DNA of 64,000 nucleotides from Octopus sinensis (taxonomy: Eukaryota). How positions within the stretch are numbered: the first letter of the stretch is position 1; each line of letters begins with the position of its first letter. A model generated the notes under the pieces. The model was not told the DNA's origin. It worked only from the letters and a program-made list of their open reading frames with translations, and did no database searches. The translations under genes and the position numbers were made by a program. The stretch spans positions 1-64,000 of the forward strand of contig NW_021832529.1 in assembly GCF_006345805.1 (NCBI RefSeq), written 5' to 3'. This document shows, one piece after another, positions 14,384-25,444 of this stretch.

Positions 14384-17300
14384 ATGTATGTATGTATGAA
14401 TATGACACAATATTATTTATCTGTCTGTATACATATGTATGTTTATACAGAAACTCATTTATCAACAAAATCATTAAAGATATTTAGTCAATTGGAGATA
14501 TGACTATAGAAAGCATGAAATGTTTTATTTTCAAAAGCATTAGCTTTATTTAACTAAATGTTTCTAACAATCACATAGAGAAATTTGTGTTTATCTGTGT
14601 ACATACATTCACACATACTGAGAAAGAGTTACACAATGAATACAGTTATATTCATAAGAATGTGTATGTGTGTAGTGTATCATTGTATAGGGAATGAAAG
14701 ACTTGACAGACTGAAAGAATGGAGATTCTTATTTTTTTCCTTCCAATATTGCAATAAGCTACTTCTTCTAAAAGATCAGTCTGTCTGTCTATCTACTTAC
14801 CAGCTATCTACTTATCACAATTTTTTTACTTTGAATGTGCACGATGGTGTATAGTGTGTGTGTGTGTATGATGATATATGTCGGATTGTGTGTATGTCTG
14901 TAGGTGAGTATATATGATGGTGTATGTTGCTTTGTGTATGTATATGATTGTATTTGAAGATGTATATTGGTTTATTGCTTCATATGATGAAAAGCAGTGT
15001 AATTTTTATTAGTCAGCAGAATTACTAAGTCTAGCATGCTCTGTTTTTACAGGAACACAAGTGAAAGACTTGGTGGCCGACAAAAAAGCAATCGCGCTGT
15101 ATTATATGTAAGCTATTCTATTTAAGTTTTCAAGTGAAAATACTGAGAGAATTATTTGTTGGGAAGCTCCTCATTAATTGACACCTTGTGTGTGGAGTGG
15201 GGGTGACTTCATCTGAAGGCACAAAAACTCTTCCCCCTTCTTGCTATTGTAACTTCAACCTTTATATTTAAGCATCTAGAGATGTTTTTTTGTTTTTGTT
15301 TAGTCTTTTTCTAAAATGAAATTATTTTGTTTGCAGGCTGCCATTAGAGCTGTTGAACAAGCAAAGGCCAAAAAGATTTCAAACCTTATTATCAAAACTA
15401 ATAATCAGAACCTAATAGACAGTAAGTTATGTTTGTTTCTCCTATGAATCAACTAATCCTTAACCTATTTAGTGTTTGTGGATGTTATTCCCTAACTTCT
15501 TTCATTTCGAACCCAAGTATTTTACTTCCATCAGTGAATGTCCAGAGGATCTCTTAGTGTTGTGTGTGACTGCATCCTATTGCAAAATTACTATATGTTA
15601 AGGTTGAAGCAGAAAATTGTGCATGTTATTTTAGATCGATGCTGATTGAACAAAGCAGACTATCCCGTTTTTTTATTTTTTTATTTCTTAAATGTATCTA
15701 GAACTACATTTATCCAATGTGTCTATCCATTTTTAAGATGGTAGGGAGTGATTTGAGGGAGATCAGATTGCTATTTCTAGCATGTTAAGTAATTATAGAG
15801 CCTCCCTCATTGGCCTGGGGATTAGGTATTTCCAGAATACCTCTTTTACAATATTCACCTTTAGCAGCAGGGCTTTTTACATGTAGTCTTCCAGGAACAA
15901 ATTGGCAGGACTTACTACAGATGTTTATATTGTTTATTGGTCAGCTTCATTGTAGCAAATAACAGCTGGAGCTACACTTATCTTTGCTCTTCACAAAATA
16001 TTTGTACAAGTAAATCTGTTACAGGTAATATTTATGTGGAATACTTTTGTTTTTATTTTTCAGTTTGTTTATCTACTTCTCATTCATCATAATATTGTTA
16101 TTTCTGTTTGTATAGCTGTGCATGGGGAGACTCATTGAACCAAGTGACACCATAGTCATGACCTTTGCTAGTGTCATGTAAATGGCACCTGTGAAATCGT
16201 AGTCATGGCTGTTACTGGTGTCATGTAAAAGGTGCCCATGCCAGTGGCACATAAAAAGCACCCATTACACTTTCAGAGTGGTTGGCATTAGAAAGGGCAT
16301 TCACCTGTAAAAACCCATGCCAAATCAGACTGGAATCTGGTGCAGCTCTCCAGCTTACCACTTCCAGTCAAACCATCGAACCCATGCCAGCATGGTAAAC
16401 AGACATTAAATGATGATGATAATGATGATAGCCACACCCACATCTCTCATGTCACAGGTGTTATTTTATTAACCATACATATCTTGGAACTATTGGGTCA
16501 TGCCATAAATAATGTGGTTTTTTGTACTTCTTTCATTTTTCAAAATTAAGATAAACAAAATTCTTTTCCAGTCTAAAATATACTCTCCTTCATTTTCTAC
16601 AATGCTCTTCCATATATCTGGTACACTTGCCCCTCTTCCAAAATTCACTTGTCTGTGACGAAAAATACTCCTCCAGTACAGTTCTGACCTCATCTGCAGA
16701 ATTCCTATTTTTTAGCCCAAATAATTTTGAAGACTGCAGAATAAATGATAATCAGATGGGGCAATGTCCGGTGAATATGGTTTCCCATTCAAACTGCTCA
16801 AGCCTTTGGAATGTCATCCTTGCTATATGTGGCTGAGCATTATTCTGATGGAAGAACACCTTTCGTCTTGAAACCAAAAATAGTTGTTTTTCTTTTAGTG
16901 CTGACTTAAGTTGCTCAAGCTGCTCACAGTAGATCTCCTTTGTTACTGTTTGGTTTGGGTTTAAAAGTTCAATGTGGACTAAACCTTTCATATCCCACCA
17001 TACAGATAACAACACATTATGTGGTGCCAGTGTTTCTCCTTTTCCTACCCACTGTCTTCAGTGCTTGACATGTTTATAGAGAACCCATTTCTTGTCACCA
17101 GTCACTACTTGGTCCAAAAAAGTTCATTTGTGAGATGTAACAGCAAAGAAGAACACCCATTCACTCTCTGCGCGCAATTAGACTCAGGACGTTTGTGGGG
17201 GACCCATTGACCTAATTTGCTGACTTTTCTAATGGCACACAGGTGTTGATGAATGGTTGAATGACCAAATCCAAGTTTCTCTGCTAGTTCCTCAACAGTT

Positions 17301-18243
17301 ACAATGGGATTTTGTTCCACCAGGGTTTGCAGGATGTCCTTGTTGGGCTCTACAGATCTTCCAGAATGAGGCTCGTCTTCTAGGCTGTAGTTTCTGGCTC
17401 GGAATTTCTGGAACCACTGTTGATACTGGCTTATGCTTATTTCTGAACCCCATATACTGCATTAATATACCTTGCAATTTCTGTTGCTTTGTTGCCTTTA
17501 TTGAACTTATAAAGCATAATATACCGAATATGCTCCTTTGTCATTTCCATAACAGCTTTGACAAAATAACTGTTAAAATTGCACTGTACTCTTCAAAACT
17601 TGCACTAAGAATAAGCACAAGGTAAAATTAGAAACAAAGTGAGGGTTGACAATAGGAAATACATCTGGCTGTAGAAAATCTGCCTTAACTATTTCAGTCT
17701 GATCCATGCAAGTATGGAAAAATGGATGTTAAATTATGATGATGGTGGTTTCTCTGGTGTTTGCTGTCATTATTGACTTCCATGATAATTACTTTGTGTA
17801 TTTGTGTATCTTAATCATGAGAGAAGTGGGGCCTTAACCTGAGCGTCAACACTTCAGAGCTTGCAATAAATTTAAATTAAAAGGAACCAAGAGATTAACA
17901 CAAATACTTGCAACAGAATAAGTTAGAGGCCATTAGTGACCAGAGGGTAGTGTTACGCTGGGTGGGATTTTAAATGTAACACCAAAAAGTTAGGCCTAAG
18001 ACAATAATGTTAAATCTGTTCCTTCTCTCCCTCACACCAGGTATAACTAAATGGTTGGAGGGTTGGAAAAAGAAGAACTGGATGAAATCAAGTGGAGAAG
18101 AAGTGACAAACAAAGAAGAACTGCAGGAATTGGATAAGAAATTGGAGGGAATCAATGTTAAATGGGTAAGTTTAAGCAGGACGAACTGGGAAGCTAAAAG
18201 AAAACTCTATCATGACATCTAAACCAACTGAAGGATTTTATTC

Positions 18244-18280
<37 letters not shown>

Positions 18281-20468
18281 AAACATGTTTGATTGTGTGC
18301 TTTGTTTTTTTTTTCCATTGTGGTCTAATTAGAAGAGGTTAAGATTACTTATCAAGGTTTGCAAAGATTTTGGTAAGAGATTAGAAAATCTGACTGTAAT
18401 TTTGGAGGAGAAAAATTTTTCAGTCTGTGTGCTTTTTACCTTTCCTACTGATCATCTTGATGATATAGTAGAAGTTGATGATGGTATGAGGGGTTTCTTC
18501 CATATGTTGCAGACTGTTAGGTTTGGTTGTGTGAGCAGTGTGGAAGGACATATCTAGGAGAATGGTTTCAGTCCCACATTTAACTGTCTGATGAGTCAGA
18601 GGTGAAACATATGTTGTGAAGAGTCATCAGTGTAGAACTGGTAGTGTCAACCAGTGAGTTGAGGTACCAGAGAACTGGCAAGGGTTGTTGTGCTTTGATT
18701 AGCTGTAAGTTGGAGCATTCTGTGAGGTGCAACTCTAAAAATGTTGTTGTTTTAACCCTAATTGAACAGACTTATGATCAAAGGTATTCTAGCCAAGGCC
18801 ATGCATCTTTTCTGAAGTATGTCCTATTCCAAGACAGCAGGGTGTGATTTAAGAGAAATTTGGCTTTTTCTAGCAAGTTGTTACTACTTAGATGCTCTCT
18901 CCTCCCTTTTCTCTGATAATGAAGTAAAAGCTTTGAGGTGAGAAATAGATCAATAATTTTTTAATATTTAATTTTATGGATTTGGGCAGGTGACAACACA
19001 AATTAGTGCAAAATTTAGGGATGGAAAACTGCTCATCCTCAACAGTAGCTGCATTGGTGTAGGAGGAGTGAGAGAGGAAAGAAATGTGATGAGAATAAGT
19101 ACAAAGAAAGGTGAGGCAAGATGTCATCAGTGTAAAATAATTGGTAGTTGAACTACTGTTGATGTTGGAGAGGTTTGAAGAAAAGTAGTGGCTATAAAGA
19201 AACTTAGCAGGGAGACTTAGAGCCACAGTAACTGGAAGTCTTTTTGCTTCCACTCTCTCCTCTTCTCATCTGGTTATCAACCAAATAATACTTTTCAGTG
19301 TGTGAAGGTGGAATATAGAATGTAGTCTGAACAACAGATGAACTGGAAATAGATGAGAAATAGCTGGCACAGAAAAGAATAAAATTTGAATGAGGGAGGA
19401 GAAAAGCAAGTATGCATATGTACACCCCTGCCACACACATCCTTAACTCTCTTAAGTTTGTTTCAACTACTGAATGAACTAGCACAAAGAATTACAATGT
19501 TCCAGATGATCTATTCTCATTGACAGATTGTCAAAGAACTCTAGAAGAATTAAATGTCATTTTAATCTCTCATCAAAAATTTGAGTAGATGCCTAGAAAA
19601 TTTTTCATGTCTAAAAATGTTAGTAATAACTTTCTATTATTCAAAGAAACAAGAAACTTTTCTTTAATAACCAATGAAAATAGTCATAAACAGTTGTTAT
19701 TATATATTGCCTAGCACTTAGAAGAAAGGGGTTTTAAAGAAAATAGTGTATTTGAATGGTTGTTTTTAATTTAAAAAAACACTATTTTATGAATGAATCA
19801 ATGCTTAAAATTTTAGACATGAATTTGAAACAGAAAAGGCAAGATACCTACTTAACTCTTTTGAGAGAAATATTAGTATAATTTGTAACTTGATTAACCA
19901 AGGAATGGTCAGTACTTAATAACAAACCAGTGGGACTGGTTTATTGTAATTAGAATTATTATTAAAAGAAAGAAAAGTGTTGGCCTTGTGCGAAAATTAG
20001 AAAGAATTATCAATATGAATTGTGTTCATGGCCCATGTAGGCCCTCTAAGAGTGGTTAAGTTGGCTGCTTCAAGTTGATTGCTACAGAAAGAACTAGGGC
20101 AGGAAGGGAATTCCAATGGGATGTTATTCAGGGAAGGGAAGGACTTGGAAGTGATTATTGTAGGCCTGGGAATACAATATGCATGTTTCAAATTGGTACT
20201 AATGTTTAGAGATTTTTAAAATTATTATTTTATTTAATTTTATAGTTTAATGAGAGTTTCTCTAATTTCTATTCTCAGTCTCCGCATAGGAGAATAAAAA
20301 TAGATAGGCTGTGGATAGCCTCCTCTTTACATCAACAAGTAAATATAAAAATTATTTTGATTGTATATTATTTCTATTTCCTAGGTCCATGTGGATAAAT
20401 GTTGTGCTGGAATCGAAGCTGCTGAACAATTGGCCAAAAAAGGAGGAGAACTTCCTCTACCTGAGTAG
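8842..20468 (+). CDS. RNASEH1-like: RNase H1-like protein with inactivated catalytic site (5' exon(s) not found in window)
   Basis: Exons 8842-8942, 10473-10793, 12840-12951, 15053-15108, 15337-15421, 18041-18165, 20385-20468, all AG/GT-bounded. Hybrid-binding domain (W)TECQEQINGFYGAKFKKFSTEEEALAF; RNase H domain VFIAG..NNG..A.AGLGVYWG..RQKSNRAVI..AAIRAVEQAK..IIKTNN..ITKWLEGWKKKNW..V.NKE..WVHV..GIEAAEQLAKKG. Phases join except a +1 mismatch after 15108. Confidence 0.9.
9160..9590 (+). mobile_element. Composite SINE: tRNA-like head plus terminal module
   Basis: GTG.GAAGAAGCTTGC...GGTTCAGTCC...TTGGGCAAGTGTCTT head joined to GGCACGTAAAAAGCACCCACTACAC...(GAT)n. Confidence 0.7.
10473..10793 (+). 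CDS. RNASEH1-like: RNase H1-like exon: long helical linker with bipartite NLS-like motif
   Basis: aacag|AC AAA...ACT G|gtaatg; phase 1-1, open frame, ends KRKASDSSEDASEPPEKKKC. Confidence 0.85.
10930..11890 (-). mobile_element. Degenerate restriction-like-endonuclease non-LTR retrotransposon (R4/Dong/NeSL type) 3' part
   Basis: Minus strand gives GERSETV.IVSE, IHW..CGNYGLER, IQCDHQI..KP.IVV, D...GDNRIEEKEKEKV..Y.ELK.EI.RLW.M..IVIGA.G; multiple stops and frameshifts. Confidence 0.75.
12090..12300 (+). mobile_element. tRNA-derived SINE
   Basis: GAGTTCAAATTCTGCC..GCCAACTTTGTCTTTCATCCTTT...GGCCTTGTGCCAAAATT. Confidence 0.7.
12840..12951 (+). CDS. RNASEH1-like: RNase H1-like exon: beta1-beta3, first catalytic Asp replaced by Ala
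   Basis: VFIAGSCLNNGKPDASAGLGVYWG vs canonical VYTDGCCSSNG...AGIGVYWG; GCT codon at 12878-12880. Confidence 0.92.
14346..14400. repeat. (TA)n/(TATG)n microsatellite
   Basis: Direct inspection. Confidence 0.9.
15053..15108 (+). CDS. RNASEH1-like: RNase H1-like exon: helix A, catalytic Glu replaced by Val; 1 nt too long
   Basis: NTSERLGGRQKSNRAVII vs NVGIRLPGRQTNQRAEIH; tttacag and gtaagc boundaries; 56 nt. Confidence 0.85.
15337..15421 (+). CDS. RNASEH1-like: RNase H1-like exon: catalytic Asp replaced by Asn
   Basis: AAIRAVEQAKAKKISNLIIKTNNQNLID vs [28 protein letters not shown]. Confidence 0.9.
16140..16425 (+). mobile_element. SINE terminal module with internal short repeats
   Basis: Repeated GTGTCATGTAAA..GCACC units, then GAGTGGTTGGCATTAGAAAGGGCAT and (GAT)n. 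Confidence 0.65.
16490..17480 (-). mobile_element. Mariner (DD34D) transposase relic
   Basis: KVSKLGQWVPH; MLLSVWWDMKGLVHIELL...YCEQL..L...FHQNNAQPH; C-terminal IVENEGEYILD; frameshifted; only one TIR-like end (~16492) seen. Confidence 0.85.
18041..18165 (+). CDS. RNASEH1-like: RNase H1-like exon: basic protrusion
   Basis: ITKWLEGWKKKNWMKSSGEEVTNKEELQELDKKLEGINVKW vs [27 protein letters not shown]. Confidence 0.93.
20385..20468 (+). CDS. RNASEH1-like: RNase H1-like terminal exon: His loop lost, last Asp replaced by Glu
   Basis: VHVDKCCAGIEAAEQLAKKGGELPLPE* vs [28 protein letters not shown] at 20503-20508. Confidence 0.88.
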   Translation, partial: VHVDKCCAGIEAAEQLAKKGGELPLPE

Positions 20469-20930
20469 ATTTTCCTGCATGTTGTTAATTGGAATGTCAA
20501 CAAATAAATCATAAAGTCACACACACACAAACACAGTCTCTCTCTCTTGCACAGATATAGTGATAAGCATAATCTTACAATAATACTTTCCAAACATCCT
20601 CTCACAAAGATATATAGTAGTATTTCTACAATAAAAGATATATGCATTCATAATTTAGTTCATGTGGTTATTTCTTGTTGGTGCGTCAAATAATTATGAT
20701 AAAAGTGGCATAATTGAAATATGTTTACAATAAAATAGCAGAGAAAATATAAAGACTCCAGTTACAAAGAAAAAGTGATTAGCCAGTCATCTGGCAAACA
20801 ATGTGCTATTCTGATACTTTCTGTGGGTCTGTTTCTCTTTTCTAACCAAAATTAGTTTTTATGTCTGTGTATCATCATTATTTTTATATCCCATTTTTCA
20901 GACAGACATAGGTTGGACAAGACTACAACA

Positions 20931-22084
20931 CTAGCAAATCTACCCATCTATGATGGGGACATAAAATGAGGGAGGGCGGTCACAAGAGCAGTATGTATTG
21001 AGAAATGTATAAATGGACTTGATAGATTATTGGGTGATGTCTTAAAGAAATCACATTATTGTTGGTGATGCAGCATTCTATTGCAGCTACATGACATGTT
21101 TGCGACTAAGTGACGTGATGACAATTCACTCCCGAACTGAAATAAGCTCCTAGCCCCTGTATCCTGAATGGTTATGGGGACCACACCTAACAAAAGCCAG
21201 ACCTTCCTTCAATCACTACACAAAAAGTATTAAGAAAAAAAATGTTATTTAGATATACTTTTATTTTAGTTGTTTACGCTATTTTATGCAGGCTTATAGT
21301 CTTAAACATTCAAAGTTCACAAATTTCCTTATTTAAATTGTGAATCATATTCCTTTCGATAATATCAATATGATTACAAAACTTCTTTGTAGACGATATT
21401 TTCTCTTTGGTCGACACTAATTTTCAAATTACTGGAGTCCTTTTCTCTACTCATGGCGACATATAACTGGCTGTGTGTAAACATCAGAACAGGTAAAAAT
21501 ACTCCTACACGATCTAAAGTCTGGCCTTGTGCCTTGTTTGCTGTGAATGCATGCACAAGTAGAATCTTTAGGTATCTGCCCATCTACGATGGGAAATAAA
21601 GGGATAGTATCGCAAATCTAAACCCTCTAAATTCACGAACTATATAGGGAGGGGAATCCAGAGTTAATCCTCGTTACTGGAATTTAAGAAAAAAATCAAA
21701 GGTGATTTATTGATACAAAACTCGATATACACTAAATAATCATACTTCTTCACATTTTTTCCTATTTACCTCCTTTGTAATCCGGCCATTTGACCATGAA
21801 AAGGGAGCAGACAGACGGAAAGACATAACACTCATTATAAGAAGTTGACTTACTTCCCTTTACTTCTTTTATTAGTTATCTCCCCCGTAATTTTTATTTA
21901 CTTTTTTACACCTGTGAACTGAACAATTACCTTCAGTATCCAGTAATAATCGTAATTTTTCATGTTTTTTTCACTAAAAACTTCCTTGATTTCCTCCTTC
22001 ATAATTCTGAAAAACACTGGTCCAGCTCTTTGACCATGAAGAGGGCAGAGACAGATGGATATAACGCCCATTATAGTAAAATGA
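20931..22084 (-). mobile_element. Composite non-autonomous Helitron with helicase C-terminal fragment
   Basis: 5' A|TC at 22084 (second TC-like start at 21848); hairpin CCCATCnnnGATGGG plus CTAG|T at 20931-20957; second hairpin plus CTAA at 21568-21593; PIF1-type fragment in between. Confidence 0.75.
21374..21560 (-). pseudogene. Helitron Rep/Hel PIF1-helicase C-terminal fragment
   Basis: AFTANKAQGQTLDRVGVFLP..FTHSQLYVAMSR..NIVYKEVL matches helicase motifs V-VI (TINKSQGQT, HGQLYVA.SR, N.VY.EV). Confidence 0.85.
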
Positions 22085-22189
22085 TATCCTTCCTGTCACC
22101 AACTCTTGTTTTTTTCTTTTTTTAAGTAAGGTATTTTTATTCCATTAGTATTAACATGTTGCTGCCAATGAAACTTGAGCTACAGGATG

Positions 22190-23511
22190 CATTGTTTACC
22201 TTGGTAGATAAAGCAATTAAGGGTATGAAGACAGGGAAAGCTTCCAGCCCATCAGGAATCACCGCAGAGATGCTTAAAATATCTAGCAGTGTTGGCTATA
22301 GTCTAGTCACCCGTATAGTCAATCAGGTGACACATGAAAGAGGAGCAGCACCATAGTCAACTGCTACAAAAGTAAAGGTGATGATGTATTAGATACGAAT
22401 AATAATAGAGGTATTAAGTTGTTGGATCAGGTAATGAAAGTCACGGAGAGGGTCAGTTTAGATGAGATGCAGTTTGGGTTTGTGCCAGGAAAAAGCACCA
22501 CTAATGCTATATTTCTGGTAAGACAACTGCGGGAGAAATACCCAGCCAAAGATAAATCTCTGTACCTGGCTTTTATTGACATAGAGAAAGCCTTTGAAAG
22601 ACCTGGGATGAGGTGGGCCTCACAGTGGCGTTGACAAGTTTCTCCTCCCATTCATTCTCCACATTCAGCAGTCTTTCATAATAACATTTTGAAGCCTCTT
22701 TCTTTGCATAATCATTAAATACAAGTGCACCATCATCCATGCAGACACATTTATCTCCTATGACATCACGATTTCTCTCATAAACTGTCTTGAAATCCGA
22801 AACACTCTGTATTTAAGAGCAACAATGCATCCTGCTGCTTGGTGAGAATGTAATCAATCTGGCTAGCGTAGCCACCTGATTGGTAGGTTATCAGCTGGCT
22901 GGTCAGCTTCTTGAAGTTAGTGTTGCAGATCAATAGGTTATTTGCATTACAGAACACCAGTAACCCTGTTCCCTCCAATTCCATGGCCCCCATGTACATC
23001 ATGGAAAATACCGGGCTGCCGTTTGATATGCTCATTGAAATACCCAGCCACAAAGATGAGATTCTTGTCATTTGTCTTGGAGGTAGCCTGCAGGAGAATA
23101 TCATAAAAATAGTCCTTCTGTTCATTTAGTAGGCTTGCTTGTAGGGTATAGACAGAGATAATTGATGCTATGCTATTCTGCAAGACTAGCCCAAGCTTAA
23201 GCACTCTATTGCTCACTCTGACTACTTCTATGACCTTATCTACCCATTTCTCTGCAAGAAGTATACCTACACGTCTTGCCTGTGAGGAACATGGCTGAAG
23301 CTCCTCCCCACCTTACCTCCTGAATGCAGCATACAACAACATGCCTCCATTCAAGCAGCTCAACAATCTTGCAAGATCTACTTTTCAATGTGCCTATATT
23401 CACAGTGCCAACCCTGAGAACTGGGTAAGGGACACTGGAGGTTACATGGGCAGGAGAGATGGTATTGGGCACCTGAAAAGAAAGTTTCAGTGATTGTTTG
23501 GCAACAGACAT
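22190..23511. mobile_element. RTE LINE relic with internal inversion
   Basis: APE and linker on - strand 23511-22605 (RVGTVNIGTL, CIQEVRW); RT piece on + strand 22190-22603 (KASSPSGITAEML, LDEMQFGFVPGKST); homologous to 33390-35230. Confidence 0.85.
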
Positions 23512-24204
23512 GTCACATCGGTTCGTCTTGCTTTAACCTACCATCATTCAAACATGTTAAAATTGTTGTCCCTATTGGTAGTGAGTAGCGTTGTAAATAT
23601 AAGCGTTACTGCTGCAAATATAAATAGGTCAATTATATAAATGATCTGCCACGGTTAGTCCATTATACATAGGGAGAAAGAGGTAGGTGGCATGTTAATT
23701 TACTAATAATTTCCTAAGTAACATATCACCCTTTGGTGCATGCAGTTTTGTTTGTAGTGGGGAAGGAGGGAAGAAGGTATGTAAGTCTTCTGGTTCAGAA
23801 GCAAGGCAGAGCCCTGTAGGGGTTTCCAGTATAGGTGGTGGGGGCACTGCAGACAAGCAATGGCCAGTTTACTATTGTTGGGGAGAGAGACATGACTATA
23901 TTGAGAGACATAAGTAAAACAAGAATGCATACAAATTTTAGAGAACAATGTCGAAAACATTATGAAACAGTGACAGAGAACTAAGATTTTAGGGAATTAC
24001 AGTTTGAAGGTTATTTGAAGAATCAAACATGTAATATAAACATGATAGTACATGTTGGTATTACGGGTTACATGAGTGAATGAATGAATGAGGCAATTGA
24101 GAAAATGAGAGAAAAATTCTTAGCTATGCATATTGCAAAACAACAGTGAATCAAGTGGCGTAAAAGTCTAAGAAAACATGTGCTAAAGATCCTTTATAAG
24201 AACT

Positions 24205-24230
24205 ACAGCCGGAAGTGGTCAAATAAGATG
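24205..24230 (+). promoter_or_regulatory. Housekeeping-promoter-like site: ETS motif followed by ATG|GT first-exon end
   Basis: ACTACAGCCGGAAGT (CCGGAAGT at 24209-24216), then AAGATG|GTCAGT; good acceptor at 24358. Confidence 0.35.
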
Positions 24231-25444
24231 GTCAGTTTTATTTAAGGAAAAGTTTGGTAACAAAACTAAAATCAAAAAGGAAAATTTTTTGTTTTTAGAT
24301 TGAAACAATAAATCAGATTCATTTCTTTAAAATAATAATTTACATATTTTATTTACAGTTGGTAAAGAAACTTTGTTTGGACAGTATGAAATCTCTGATT
24401 TTGGCTATTCTGGTCAGTATTGTATTGGTCATGTTAGATGTTTCATTTAATTATATTCTCAGTCAAATATACTTAGAAACCAAAGGAGTTCCTATCCACA
24501 ATCTTGGTTATGTTTCTGACTAACATTAATAATATCTATGAGAAAAGCATGTATATCACATCTCATTCCCTTATGAAATTTTTGGGGGACAAAAACAGTT
24601 AAAAGACATTAGTATTTATTTACTTATATGAAGCATTGTAGCTTGATTTTATTATTACAGGTACAACATTGATTTTCTGAAAACTTTCAGATGACTGATT
24701 TTTCCAAACCAGGGGTGGTCACCTCTATATTAAACAAATATTAAATTTACTTAATTAAATGAAATATAGAGCTACCAAGTAAGCTAGTCTGGCAACTGTG
24801 AGAATTTGAAGTTCCTGTTCATAAAGCAGAGTGGATTACAAGAGGTTCTGGACCATCAGAGTCCGGAAAGTCAGTGTTGTACCTATTTAGAACTTAAATA
24901 TTACAAAAGATAGGGGATGGGAGCAAATATTTGATAATTCTTGTTTGTCACAAAGCTGGACTTCTCTCCAAACTATGTCAACATAAAAATATCTTTCAAC
25001 TAGATGTAGGGCGTTGTGTAAGATGGTGTACCAAATTCAGTGTATTACTGGTATGTATCTTGGCACAAAGCCAAGGAAATGGGATGCAATATATGACCTG
25101 GTGACTATTTTTTCAACCTGCAAGGCTGAAAGAGTCTCGGTGAGATTTGAACTCAGAAAATAGATATATCTAAATATTGTCATCAACCACTTTTATGTGT
25201 AATTCTATTTTTAAACAGATACAAGAACACATTTCTAGGGAGGAGTGTAATTGACTCAATTGATTCCTCCAGTAATTCATTGGTCCCAGAAGGATGAAGG
25301 GAAAATCTGTCTTGGCTGAATTTCAATGAAAAAAGTTAAATTGTTGTAACTAAATTGCATTTCAATTTAGAGAAGTGTTGATTACAGCAACCCCATTATT
25401 TGACAAGAAATTTATTTTATCAATCAAAATCAAAGTGAAATTCG

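Noticed and set aside
13738-14474. Long ORFs rich in Y/I/H/T/V/C (also 40932-41270, 2852-3082)
   Set aside because: Translations of (TA)n, (CA)n and (TAA)n microsatellites
15099-15112. A-to-I RNA editing as a rescue for the RNase H1-like lesions
   Set aside because: Editing only changes A to G: it cannot repair an indel or turn GCT, GTT or GAA into the required Asp/Glu/Asp codons. Only the AAT (Asn) to GAT (Asp) change at the D210 position is reachable, which alone would not restore the active site
22190-23511. Twin-priming 5' inversion
   Set aside because: The arms are convergent rather than divergent and the element's 3' end is absent
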